Source: Desulfomonilia bacterium
GTDB taxonomy: Bacteria > Desulfobacterota > Desulfomonilia > UBA1062
Assembly (NCBI GenBank): GCA_963664325.2
Contig: CAXXDQ010000003.1
Location: 896,001-960,000, forward strand
Length of the DNA stretch: 64,000 nucleotides
Reading direction: 5' to 3'
The notes beneath the pieces are model-generated. The model was given only the letters and a program-made list of their open reading frames with translations. It searched no databases and was not told the DNA's origin. A program made the translations under genes and the position numbers. Below are positions 47,162 to 56,186 of the stretch, piece after piece; within the stretch, counting starts at the first letter, position 1; each line of letters starts with the position of its first letter.

Positions 47162-48325
47162 ATGAAGACATCTTTATCATTCCTGGGGCTAATCTTGTTC
47201 TCAGCCATGCTGAGCGGATGCATTGTTTCAATGACCCCAAAAAAGGACCAGACCCTGTGTCCCGGCGAGTCCATGACATTCTCGATTGTCGATGCGGCCC
47301 AGGACCCCAAGGTCTATGAATGGACCCTCGATGGAGTTCCTGTTCGCGGTGCCACAGGGACCAGCTGCACCTATTCCCCGACCGCAAACGAAGTGGGTTC
47401 GCACAAGTTGAAGGTTCAGGTCTCGTGGGATTACCGTACGTGGAACATAGAAGTCCCTAACTGTACCACATGGACCGTAGAGCCTATGGCCCTGGATTTC
47501 GGGTATATCCAGACGGAAAAGATCATCCTTGTTCATAATACGGGAGGCCTGCCCCTAACCTTATCCGCTGATCTTAAAGGCACCAGCGAGTTTGTGACCG
47601 ATGTAAATTTCCTTAATGCGCCGATCGCCCCGGGAGAAAGCCGGGAAGTCTCCGTAAAGGTGAGCCGTCAGAACCTTTCATCGGGTGCATACAGCACGTC
47701 ATTCGTACTCAAATCTGATAAGGGCAATACTGCTAGGATATTTGCCGCCATGAACGTGGGAATTGCCAAGATACTCTTCAGTGTCGATACGTCTGGAAGC
47801 ATGGCCGGTAACGATCCTCAGAACAAGCGTGTCAGTGCCGTTAAAGAGACTATCAGCAAATTTTACGATAACCAGAATATCAGCTATGGGATCATTGCTT
47901 TTAACGACAACGCCAAGATACTGACAGGCTTCACTCGTGACAGGAACCTTCTCGACTATTATGCCGATTTTCTCGGCGGCGGCAGCGGCTGGACCACCTA
48001 CCTTTCAGGAGGGGCATATTCCCCCGGTGCGCTCAATGCCATCGACCAGGTCATCAACGAAATCGAGCTCGGAACGCACTTCGCGGTTATCTTCCTCAGC
48101 GATGGAGAGCTGACTCAGGGTAACACCGGTCATGACCCGATAATAGCCAAGGTTTCATCTATAACAGCGTTCGGCAACGTCAAGTTCTACACCGTCTATC
48201 TGAACGGTAACCCCTCACCGTCAGCCCGGCAGCTCCTCAATGACATGGCCATCGCCGGGGGAACAGCCGAGACACATGTCTATACCGATCCCGAATCTCT
48301 TTCTTTCATCAAGCTTGATTTCTAG
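47162..48325 (+). CDS. Lipoprotein with Ig-like domains and a C-terminal VWA domain
   Basis: Lipobox LSGC; YEWTLDG Ig-like repeat; MIDAS DTSGSM...T...LSDG. Confidence 0.82.
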   Translation: MKTSLSFLGLILFSAMLSGCIVSMTPKKDQTLCPGESMTFSIVDAAQDPKVYEWTLDGVPVRGATGTSCTYSPTANEVGSHKLKVQVSWDYRTWNIEVPNCTTWTVEPMALDFGYIQTEKIILVHNTGGLPLTLSADLKGTSEFVTDVNFLNAPIAPGESREVSVKVSRQNLSSGAYSTSFVLKSDKGNTARIFAAMNVGIAKILFSVDTSGSMAGNDPQNKRVSAVKETISKFYDNQNISYGIIAFNDNAKILTGFTRDRNLLDYYADFLGGGSGWTTYLSGGAYSPGALNAIDQVINEIELGTHFAVIFLSDGELTQGNTGHDPIIAKVSSITAFGNVKFYTVYLNGNPSPSARQLLNDMAIAGGTAETHVYTDPESLSFIKLDF

Positions 48326-48346
48326 GCATATATCAGCATAAACCAA

Positions 48347-48378
48347 GTTCCCATCCGCCTGCTATGACGGATGGGGAC
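48347..48378 (+). terminator. Hairpin downstream of the VWA gene (possible terminator)
   Basis: GTTCCCATCCG / CGGATGGGGAC stem; weak U-tract. Confidence 0.5.
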
Positions 48379-48497
48379 ATAACTTTATCAAGACAGCGGT
48401 GTCTCCACTGTGGATAATAATACTGGTTAAAAGTTCATGGTTTTTCAAACTATTTAAGGGTTTTAAAAATAAATTTGTTAATTTTTAAGAAAAAACA

Positions 48498-48531
48498 TTG
48501 ACACCCGACCATGTTTCTATGTATAGAAACA
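48498..48531 (+). promoter_or_regulatory. trp operon promoter with an overlapping palindrome
   Basis: TTGACA (48498) - 18 nt - TATAGA (48522); TGTTTCTAT-gt-ATAGAAACA perfect inverted repeat 48512-48531. Confidence 0.65.
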
Positions 48532-48535
48532 ATTG

Positions 48536-48613
48536 ATGAAAAAGAATACTCTTATTGTCAGCAATGGAATCTGGTGGCCCTGGAATCATGGGGGAGGCCG
48601 GGGTATGCCCTGA
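48536..48613 (+). CDS. trpL: Trp operon leader peptide MKKNTLIVSNGIWWPWNHGGGRGMP (not in ORF track)
   Basis: Three Trp codons (WWPW) in a 25-codon ORF between the promoter and the attenuator upstream of trpE. Confidence 0.88.
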   Translation: MKKNTLIVSNGIWWPWNHGGGRGMP

Positions 48614-48636
48614 GGAGGTTGCTGATACAGCCTTAA

Positions 48637-48677
48637 AAAGGGTGGCAGGCCTCGGTGCCTGCCACCCTTTATTTTTT
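48637..48677 (+). terminator. trp attenuator terminator
   Basis: 14-bp perfect stem AAAGGGTGGCAGGC/GCCTGCCACCCTTT followed by ATTTTTT. Confidence 0.9.
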
Positions 48678-48694
48678 ATAAAAGGAAAAAACTC

Positions 48695-50077
48695 ATGACA
48701 AAGAATTTAAAGATTGCAAGGGATGTAAAAGACAGAGGTGCTGTCGTAATCAAGCGGCTGACATGTGATACATTAACGCCGGTCGGGGCATATATGGCGC
48801 TGATCGGTGACGATGACGGGTTTCTATTGGAATCATTGCCGGGATCGTACAGCTTCCTTGGCCGTTTCAACCCGGAAAGCATCGTTTCGGTGCTTGAGCA
48901 TGAAGATCCCTGGTCCCTGGCGCCTACGCGCGAAATGCTCGAATTCGATTCTAACGGACTTCCTCCTTTCATTGGCGGATATCTGGGATATATCGGATAT
49001 GACATGGTGCGCGGCATCGAGGTTCTGCCCAGGCCTGCAAAAGGTTCTGGATTTCCCGATGCCATGCTGGGCAAGGTGCATACGGTTCTCATATTTGACC
49101 ACCTTGCACAGGAAATGTCGCTGCTGCATACGATTCCGGAACCGGGCATAAGCGATGTAGATGCGATAAAAAGGGCTGAGGCCGAGTTTGAAACCATTGA
49201 AGGTTCTCTTTATTCGGCCAAATCAAAACCCTTCGACATCCCTGGACCCTGCCATATCGTTGAGGCATCCATAAACGAGGCCGATTTCATTGAGGCCGTG
49301 AATAAAGCAAAACAGCATATCCTTGACGGCGATATAATCCAGGTTGTGCTTTCAAGAAGGTTAAAACTCGATGCAAAATGCGATTCTTTTGACACTTACC
49401 GAAGACTCAGGCGGATCAACCCGTCAACATACATGTTTTATATGAAGCTTGGGGAAGTCACCCTGATCGGTTCTTCACCCGAAGTGATGGTTGAACTCAA
49501 GGGTGATTCCATAATGACTTTGCCCATTGCCGGCACAAGGCCCAGAGGAACCACGGTTGAGCAGGATGAAAAGCTTGCGGCCGAACTTCTTGAGGATGAA
49601 AAAGAGCGCGCCGAACACCTGATGCTCCTTGACCTTGCAAGAAACGATGTCGGCAGGGTAGCCAGGCCAGGAACAGTCAAAGTGGATTACCAGTATAGGA
49701 TAAAATATTACTCTCATGTCATGCACATCGTTTCCTGCGTCAAAGGAAAGAAACAAAATGACATGAGCAATGTCGATGTGCTCAGGGCATGCTTCCCTGC
49801 AGGTACGGTTTCCGGCGCACCGAAGGTAAGGGCAATGGAGATAATTGACGAACTCGAGGGCATGTGCCGCGGTCCCTATGCAGGAGCGGTAGGCTACTTG
49901 TCCTATAACGGCAATATGGACACGGGCATTACGATACGGACGATATTTGTCAAAAACGGCGAATATTACCTGCAGGCTGGCGCCGGGATCGTCTGGGATT
50001 CAGTGCCTGAAAACGAGCTCAAGGAAATTGAAAACAAGCTAAGGGCCTTGAGCACTGCTCTGGGAGGCATATCATGA
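48695..50077 (+). CDS. trpE: Anthranilate synthase component I
   Basis: LLES, NPSTYMF, GSSPE, PIAGTRPRG, EHLMLLDLARND, PAGTVSGAPK. Confidence 0.95.
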   Translation: MTKNLKIARDVKDRGAVVIKRLTCDTLTPVGAYMALIGDDDGFLLESLPGSYSFLGRFNPESIVSVLEHEDPWSLAPTREMLEFDSNGLPPFIGGYLGYIGYDMVRGIEVLPRPAKGSGFPDAMLGKVHTVLIFDHLAQEMSLLHTIPEPGISDVDAIKRAEAEFETIEGSLYSAKSKPFDIPGPCHIVEASINEADFIEAVNKAKQHILDGDIIQVVLSRRLKLDAKCDSFDTYRRLRRINPSTYMFYMKLGEVTLIGSSPEVMVELKGDSIMTLPIAGTRPRGTTVEQDEKLAAELLEDEKERAEHLMLLDLARNDVGRVARPGTVKVDYQYRIKYYSHVMHIVSCVKGKKQNDMSNVDVLRACFPAGTVSGAPKVRAMEIIDELEGMCRGPYAGAVGYLSYNGNMDTGITIRTIFVKNGEYYLQAGAGIVWDSVPENELKEIENKLRALSTALGGIS

Positions 50078-50655
50078 TCCTGATGATAGACAACTTTGAT
50101 TCGTTTACGTTCAACATAGTCCAGGCTGCGGCGACACTCGGGGAAACAATTGTAGTGAAACGAAATAATGCCGTGAGCATTGCCGAAATCAAGGAAATGA
50201 AGCCGGAAGGCATTATCATATCTCCGGGTCCGGGGGCGCCTAAATCAGCAGGAATTTCCCTTGACGTCATCCGCAGCTTTTATGAGTACATCCCGGTTTT
50301 CGGAGTGTGCCTTGGCCACCAGTGCATATATGAAGCTTTCGGCGGACGCATCATACACTCAAAAAGCGTTATGCACGGCAAACTTTCAACAGTCATGCAT
50401 GACGGTACAGGACTTTTCAACGGCCTGCCGCAGACATTCAGGGCCGTAAGATACCATTCGCTTTCCGGGGATACATCCACGCTACCGTCCGATCTGCGGG
50501 TTTGCGCTCTTTCGGATGACGGAGAGATAATGGGAATCGCCCATAGAAAATATCCCGTTTACGGGGTGCAGTTCCATCCGGAGTCGATAGCCACTGAAAA
50601 CGGGATCGATATAATCAGGGGTTTCACGGAAATAGCACACAGGAGGGATTCATGA
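50074..50655 (+). CDS. trpG: Anthranilate synthase component II
   Basis: IDNFDSFT, SPGPG, GVCLGHQ, QFHPES. Confidence 0.95.
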   Translation: MILMIDNFDSFTFNIVQAAATLGETIVVKRNNAVSIAEIKEMKPEGIIISPGPGAPKSAGISLDVIRSFYEYIPVFGVCLGHQCIYEAFGGRIIHSKSVMHGKLSTVMHDGTGLFNGLPQTFRAVRYHSLSGDTSTLPSDLRVCALSDDGEIMGIAHRKYPVYGVQFHPESIATENGIDIIRGFTEIAHRRDS

Positions 50656-51647
50656 AGGAATACCTTGAAAAGCTGCTTTCAGGCAGGGACCTGACAGAGG
50701 ACGAAATCGGAAAGGCGTTTGAGATGATAATGTCAGGAGGGGCGGATGATATTGAAATCGCCGCATTCCTTGTGGCCCTTCGCGCAAAAACGGAAAGCCC
50801 GTCGGAAATTGCGGGGGCCGCAAAGGTCATGCGTTCAAAGGTCAACCGGATTCATCTTGATACCGATGCGATCGATACATGCGGAACAGGCGGAGACGGT
50901 GCTCGGACATTCAACATATCGACGGCGGTTGCTTTTGTCCTGGCAGGAGCAGGACACAAGGTGGCCAAGCATGGAAACCGCTCTGTCAGCTCATCATCCG
51001 GGAGCGCGGATTGCCTTGAAGCCCTTGGTGTTCCGATCAATCTCGGACCTGTTGAGGCTGCCGAAGCAATAAAAGACAGGGGTTTTGCATTTCTATTTGC
51101 GCCCAACTACCATCCGAGCATGAAATATGCCATGCCTGCGAGAAAGAAGCTTGGCATACGGACAATATTCAATGTGCTGGGGCCGCTTACTAATCCTGCA
51201 TTTGCATCACACCAGGTAATAGGGGTGTTTTCCGGGAATCTGATTAAACCTATTGCCGAAGTCTTAAAAATGCTGGGTCTCAAGGGTGCAATGGTTCTAA
51301 ACAGCGGCATGGACGAGGTTTCGATTTCAGGACCGACTGATTTTGCATTGCTGAAAGAAGGAGTGATTACATCAGGAGTGGTAACGCCAGAAGAGGCCGG
51401 GATTGGGTCATCCCCGATCGGTACAATAGCTGTAAACGATGCCCGTGAATCCGCTAAAATAATTGAAGATGCATTTGCAGGCAGGCTTGATGGTCCGTGT
51501 CTTGACGCCATCCTGATCAATACGGCGGCAGCCTTCATTGTTCTTGATGAAGCGCATGATTTTAGAGGTGGGGTGGAAAAGGCAAGGTCGGTAATTCGGG
51601 AAGGCCGGGCGTTTGAGGCCTTGAACAGGGCCAGGGCGGTTTCATGA
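50652..51647 (+). CDS. trpD: Anthranilate phosphoribosyltransferase
   Basis: DTCGTGGDG, FNIST, KHGNR, GPLTNP. Confidence 0.96.
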   Translation: MKEYLEKLLSGRDLTEDEIGKAFEMIMSGGADDIEIAAFLVALRAKTESPSEIAGAAKVMRSKVNRIHLDTDAIDTCGTGGDGARTFNISTAVAFVLAGAGHKVAKHGNRSVSSSSGSADCLEALGVPINLGPVEAAEAIKDRGFAFLFAPNYHPSMKYAMPARKKLGIRTIFNVLGPLTNPAFASHQVIGVFSGNLIKPIAEVLKMLGLKGAMVLNSGMDEVSISGPTDFALLKEGVITSGVVTPEEAGIGSSPIGTIAVNDARESAKIIEDAFAGRLDGPCLDAILINTAAAFIVLDEAHDFRGGVEKARSVIREGRAFEALNRARAVS

Positions 51648-51709
51648 TCGCCTGTCGCTTAGGGTCCGTCCCCGGCATTGCGATAAACCTTGCTATCAGT
51701 GAGGGGTAA

Positions 51710-52456
51710 ATGGATTTTTTAAAAAAAATGTACGGGCTTTCAAAAAAGCGGGCGGAGAGTCTTGATGATATTTTAAACATGCACGATGTTTTCCCCATCC
51801 GTCCGTTTGGGGCAGCCCTTAAACATAAGGGCATATCCATAATCGCCGAAATAAAATACGCAACGCCTGCAGAAGGAAGCCTTGGACTTACGGAAAAGCC
51901 GGGTGAACTTGCCCAGAAATATGAAAGCTCAGGGGCTTCGGCGATATCCTGCCTTACAGAGCCGGAATATTTCAAGGGCAGCCTCGATTATCTCAAACAA
52001 ATCAGATCATGCTCGGCTCTGCCTCTCATGATGAAGGACTTTATCACGGATGAGCGTCAGATAACGGCAGGCCGGAAAATGGGGGCGGACGCCTATCTGC
52101 TTGTTACCGAGATGCTGAGTGCCCATGAGCTTAAGGATTTATATGCCTTTGGCAGGAATCTGGGGATGGATGCACTGGTTGAAGTACACGGTGAGAAAGG
52201 GCTTGAAAAGGCGCTATCGATAAATGCGGGAATAATCGGTGTCAACTGCAGAAACCTTTCCACTTTGAAGGTCGACATACACACCCATGAAAGGATGTCT
52301 GTTCTCTTACCGGCTGATTGCATAAGGGTGGCGGAAAGCGGCATCAGCATGGCTTTAAGGCTTCAGGAGCTTAAGGCTCTGGGCTATAATGCAGCGCTTA
52401 TCGGACGTGCGATGGCGGATGATTTGTCCATGAAAGAGATATTGTCATGTGGGTGA
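51710..52456 (+). CDS. trpC: Indole-3-glycerol phosphate synthase
   Basis: IIAEIK, LTEP-YF-GS, KDF, LVEVH, GVNCRNL, AESGI. Confidence 0.93.
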   Translation: MDFLKKMYGLSKKRAESLDDILNMHDVFPIRPFGAALKHKGISIIAEIKYATPAEGSLGLTEKPGELAQKYESSGASAISCLTEPEYFKGSLDYLKQIRSCSALPLMMKDFITDERQITAGRKMGADAYLLVTEMLSAHELKDLYAFGRNLGMDALVEVHGEKGLEKALSINAGIIGVNCRNLSTLKVDIHTHERMSVLLPADCIRVAESGISMALRLQELKALGYNAALIGRAMADDLSMKEILSCG

Positions 52457-53133
52457 AGATATGTGGGTTCACCAGAAGAGAAGATGCGATTGCGGCTGCC
52501 GAACTGGGTGCGGACGGCCTTGGTTTCGTGCTTGCAAAAAAAAGCAGGAAATATGCCGACCCTGATAAGATCTCCAAATGGATAAATGAGATAAAAGGTG
52601 TTGAAAAGATCGGGGTCTTTTACGATGAAAGCCCCGGCGAGATATATGAAGCAGGAAAACTGCTGCATATAAATACCGTCCAGATCCATTCGGCGATAAC
52701 TGCCGGGCATGTGGCACTGCTTAAGGATTTCAGAATCATAGCTGCAATAACGGAAGAAAAGGCCCTGCCTTTAAAAAGGAGCGAGAAATCAGGAATTAAG
52801 ACCGACGTCAAAGAATCCGCTTCAGTTCCCCTCTTTAAAAACGGAGAGATTTTATCAGATGAGGTTTTGCTTGCAGCAACGCATAACGGCGCTGAGATTA
52901 ATTACTATGGACGCATAATCATCGATCCGAGTATGGGATGGGGAATAAAGGCCGTGTGGAGACCGTATCCCTTTCCGTTCATCCTTGCCGGAGGGCTTAC
53001 TCCCGATAATGTCAAAGATGCGATAAGAACGGCGGATCCTGCCGGAGTGGATGTGAGTTCAGGAGTCGAGATTTCACCGGGTATAAAAGATATCTCTCTT
53101 ATAGAGAGGTTTATTCTGGAGGCAAAATCATGA
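52447..53133 (+). CDS. trpF: Phosphoribosylanthranilate isomerase with an internal insertion
   Basis: [27 protein letters not shown]. Confidence 0.9.
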   Translation: MWVKICGFTRREDAIAAAELGADGLGFVLAKKSRKYADPDKISKWINEIKGVEKIGVFYDESPGEIYEAGKLLHINTVQIHSAITAGHVALLKDFRIIAAITEEKALPLKRSEKSGIKTDVKESASVPLFKNGEILSDEVLLAATHNGAEINYYGRIIIDPSMGWGIKAVWRPYPFPFILAGGLTPDNVKDAIRTADPAGVDVSSGVEISPGIKDISLIERFILEAKS

Positions 53134-54281
53134 AAGGCTATTATGGCGAATTCGGAGGCCAGTATGTACCGGAAACATTAATCCCGGCATTGGCGGAACT
53201 TGAAAACGCGGTTGAAGCGAACTTTTCTGACGCCGGCTTCTGGGATGAGTTCGACAGCCTTATGAGGGATTATGTCGGCAGGCCGTCGCCGCTCACATAT
53301 GCCGGCAGGCTGTCCGAACATCTCGGCATTGAAGTATGGCTCAAACGTGAAGACCTGAACCATACAGGGTCCCACAAGATAAACAATGCAATAGGCCAGA
53401 TTCTGCTTGCAGGGAGGATGGGTAAGAAACGTATAATCGCCGAGACCGGAGCCGGCCAGCACGGCGTTGCCACGGCCACGGTCTGCGCGCTTTTCGGTCT
53501 CAAGTGTGCTGTCTATATGGGCAGCGAGGATATTATCCGCCAGAAGATGAATGTCGAGCGTATGAGACTTTTGGGCACGGAAGTGATTCCTGTCACGGCA
53601 GGTACTGCAACGCTGAAAGACGCCACAAGCGAGGCCATACGTGACTGGGTGACCAACGTCGATAACACTTATTATTTGATAGGCTCGGCAATCGGCCCGC
53701 ATCCGTACCCGATGATGGTGAAGAAGTTTCAAACTATTGTGGGCGAAGAGGCAAGGGCACAGATTATGGATAAAAAGGGAAAGCTTCCTGATGCAGTCAT
53801 AGCCTGCGTAGGCGGCGGGAGCAACGCAATCGGCATATTTGCAGGCTTCATGGATGATCCTGTCGAGCTTATCGGTGTAGAGGCCTATGGCGACGGCGGT
53901 AAAAAACACGGGGCCAGCATAAACTTCGGCACTCCCGGGGTATTGCACGGCGCGAGATTTCATCTGCTTCAGGATGAAGACGGGCAGGTGCTGGATACGC
54001 ACTCGATTGCCGCAGGACTCGATTACCCTGGTGTGGGGCCTGAACACAGCTATATGGCTGTTAGCGGCAAGGCAAAATATGGACTTGTAACCGATTCAGA
54101 AGCGCTTGAGGGCTTTAGTTTGTTGAGCAGGCTTGAAGGGATTCTGCCGGCGCTTGAAAGCGCCCATGCGATTGCATATCTTAAAAAACACGCAAAGGAT
54201 AATCAGGGGAAAATGGTAATAGTCAATCTTTCAGGCAGAGGAGACAAGGACCTGCACACTGTTCTGGAGGCGGGGATATGA
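53130..54281 (+). CDS. trpB: Tryptophan synthase beta chain
   Basis: [42 protein letters not shown]. Confidence 0.97.
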   Translation: MKGYYGEFGGQYVPETLIPALAELENAVEANFSDAGFWDEFDSLMRDYVGRPSPLTYAGRLSEHLGIEVWLKREDLNHTGSHKINNAIGQILLAGRMGKKRIIAETGAGQHGVATATVCALFGLKCAVYMGSEDIIRQKMNVERMRLLGTEVIPVTAGTATLKDATSEAIRDWVTNVDNTYYLIGSAIGPHPYPMMVKKFQTIVGEEARAQIMDKKGKLPDAVIACVGGGSNAIGIFAGFMDDPVELIGVEAYGDGGKKHGASINFGTPGVLHGARFHLLQDEDGQVLDTHSIAAGLDYPGVGPEHSYMAVSGKAKYGLVTDSEALEGFSLLSRLEGILPALESAHAIAYLKKHAKDNQGKMVIVNLSGRGDKDLHTVLEAGI

Positions 54282-55036
54282 ATATAACGGATGCGATCAG
54301 GAAAAGGAAAAGGGCGATAATACCTTACATAACGGCAGGACTCCCTGACATTAAAACAACGGGGAAAATCATTAAAGCCCTGGCTGGTGCAGGAGCAGCG
54401 GCCATTGAAATAGGCATCCCTTTTTCAGACCCCATGGCGGACGGGCCCGTTTTGCAGAAGGCCTCCAAGATGGCACTGGATGCCGGTTTTAAAATGGATG
54501 CGCTTTTTGATCGTCTGCCTGAGTGGGTATCAAGCATCAGTATACCACTCATTGTAATGAGTTATATAAATCCACTGATGCACAAAGGACTTGAAACAAC
54601 GTTCAAAAAACTCAAGGCCTCCGGTATTGCCGGTGTGATTATTCCCGATGAGCCGTCCGACGCCTCCGATCTGTTCAAAATGACTCGGGCTACAGGGCTT
54701 GATTTCATACGCCTTGTCGCTCCGACGACAAGCCTTGAGCGCAAGAAAGAGGTTGTTTCCCAGTGCTCAGGCTTTATCTATGCCGTGTCGGTCAAGGGGG
54801 TGACGGGTGCGCGCAAGGCGCTGCCCGAAGAGGTGCAGGCACAGGTGGTCCAGCTCAGATCATTGTCGGATTTACCGGTCTGCGTAGGCTTCGGTGTTTC
54901 TTCAAAGGAACAAATAGATGAGATATTACAATTCGCCGACGGGGTTATAGTGGGAAGCTACTTGATGGATAAACTAATGAAAGCTGCTGATCCGGTTAAG
55001 GAAGCATGGAACGTAATGAAGTCACTCCGATTGTAA
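54278..55036 (+). CDS. trpA: Tryptophan synthase alpha chain
   Basis: [29 protein letters not shown]. Confidence 0.96.
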   Translation: MNITDAIRKRKRAIIPYITAGLPDIKTTGKIIKALAGAGAAAIEIGIPFSDPMADGPVLQKASKMALDAGFKMDALFDRLPEWVSSISIPLIVMSYINPLMHKGLETTFKKLKASGIAGVIIPDEPSDASDLFKMTRATGLDFIRLVAPTTSLERKKEVVSQCSGFIYAVSVKGVTGARKALPEEVQAQVVQLRSLSDLPVCVGFGVSSKEQIDEILQFADGVIVGSYLMDKLMKAADPVKEAWNVMKSLRL

Positions 55037-55178
55037 TTGCTTTATAGTTACTGATAATGTCATGGTACAGAGTTTCTTTCTGTGTTTTGAGAGCGGGTAC
55101 TATTCGTATTGAAGACAATGTTCAGCAGGTTTATTCAGGCCCCGATTATTTCGTGCTGAGAAATGATGCATTGGACAT

Positions 55179-56174
55179 TCAGGTTACTATTTTTTTTGCC
55201 TGTCCATATATGCCGTTGAATCCAAACTGGATATTTGCTGCTGTCATTCCGGCTTCTTCAAACCAACCTTCAACAGCTTTCAGCGTCTGAGGTCTATCAT
55301 AAACCGGGGATAACTTATCAAATGAATCAAGGATAGCCCATTCTTTCAAAGTATCTTCATTTAGGTCATATACACCACGGTAATCTGCGATAAGTAAAGC
55401 AACGTTTATCCATCTGCCGTATGGGAGTCGGTTTATCAACTTTGAAACAGGCCACATAAGATTTACATATTTCGAAACCAACCGGTACAATATTTCAGAA
55501 TTCATCCTTCGAGTGATTGGCCTGAACCAGTACTTTGTGTTGAGTATCTGGAACCAGAAGCCATACTTTCGGTAAACATCTATAACGATTTTGCCGCCGC
55601 TCTTCAAATATCCCGGGAGTGCTAAAAATGCCTTCTTGGGATCAGGAGTGTGCTGAAGAACACCTAGGCAAAAGAGTTTGTCAAAATAATCCTTGCGAAA
55701 TGGCATATTGAAGAGGTCCGCCTGCAGAATAAAGACATTATCCTTTTTCCCGTTTGATGCATAATTTGCTTCGACCGCATTGCTCAGGTCAAATGAAACC
55801 ACAAATGCCCCGGTAGAGGCAGCCTGTTCAGTAAAACGTCCCGATCCGCAACCCGCTTCAAGGATTATCTCACCGGCCAAGTTTTTTGGCCATCCTGTCT
55901 CATTAAAAAACCTTGTTCGCGATACGTTTGTTCCTGAATAACTGTCGTATTGAGTCCTGGAGTGCTTTGTCCATTCAAGGCCGAAGCTGTTTGAATAATT
56001 TTCCGGGAGTACAAACCTCGGGATATGATTTATTATGGGATAGACTCTTAAGCATTTGGTGCATTCCAGAATTCCTGACTTAATCTCATTATCCGCATCT
56101 TTTTTCGCATCCTTGATAATAAGCTCATTTTTGCAGTCCGGACAGATGATATATCTGATGGAGTCCTCTCTCAT
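55179..56174 (-). CDS. Trm112-like Zn ribbon + class I SAM methyltransferase
   Basis: CPDC...CTKC--YPI---IPRF; LEAGCGSGRF; GVLQHTPDP. Confidence 0.87.
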   Translation of the reverse strand: MREDSIRYIICPDCKNELIIKDAKKDADNEIKSGILECTKCLRVYPIINHIPRFVLPENYSNSFGLEWTKHSRTQYDSYSGTNVSRTRFFNETGWPKNLAGEIILEAGCGSGRFTEQAASTGAFVVSFDLSNAVEANYASNGKKDNVFILQADLFNMPFRKDYFDKLFCLGVLQHTPDPKKAFLALPGYLKSGGKIVIDVYRKYGFWFQILNTKYWFRPITRRMNSEILYRLVSKYVNLMWPVSKLINRLPYGRWINVALLIADYRGVYDLNEDTLKEWAILDSFDKLSPVYDRPQTLKAVEGWFEEAGMTAANIQFGFNGIYGQAKKIVT

Positions 56175-56186
56175 TTCACTTTCCTC

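Noticed and set aside
48420-48690. T-box or TRAP control of the trp operon
   Set aside because: No T-box consensus or (G/U)AG repeat series; the leader peptide and attenuator explain the region
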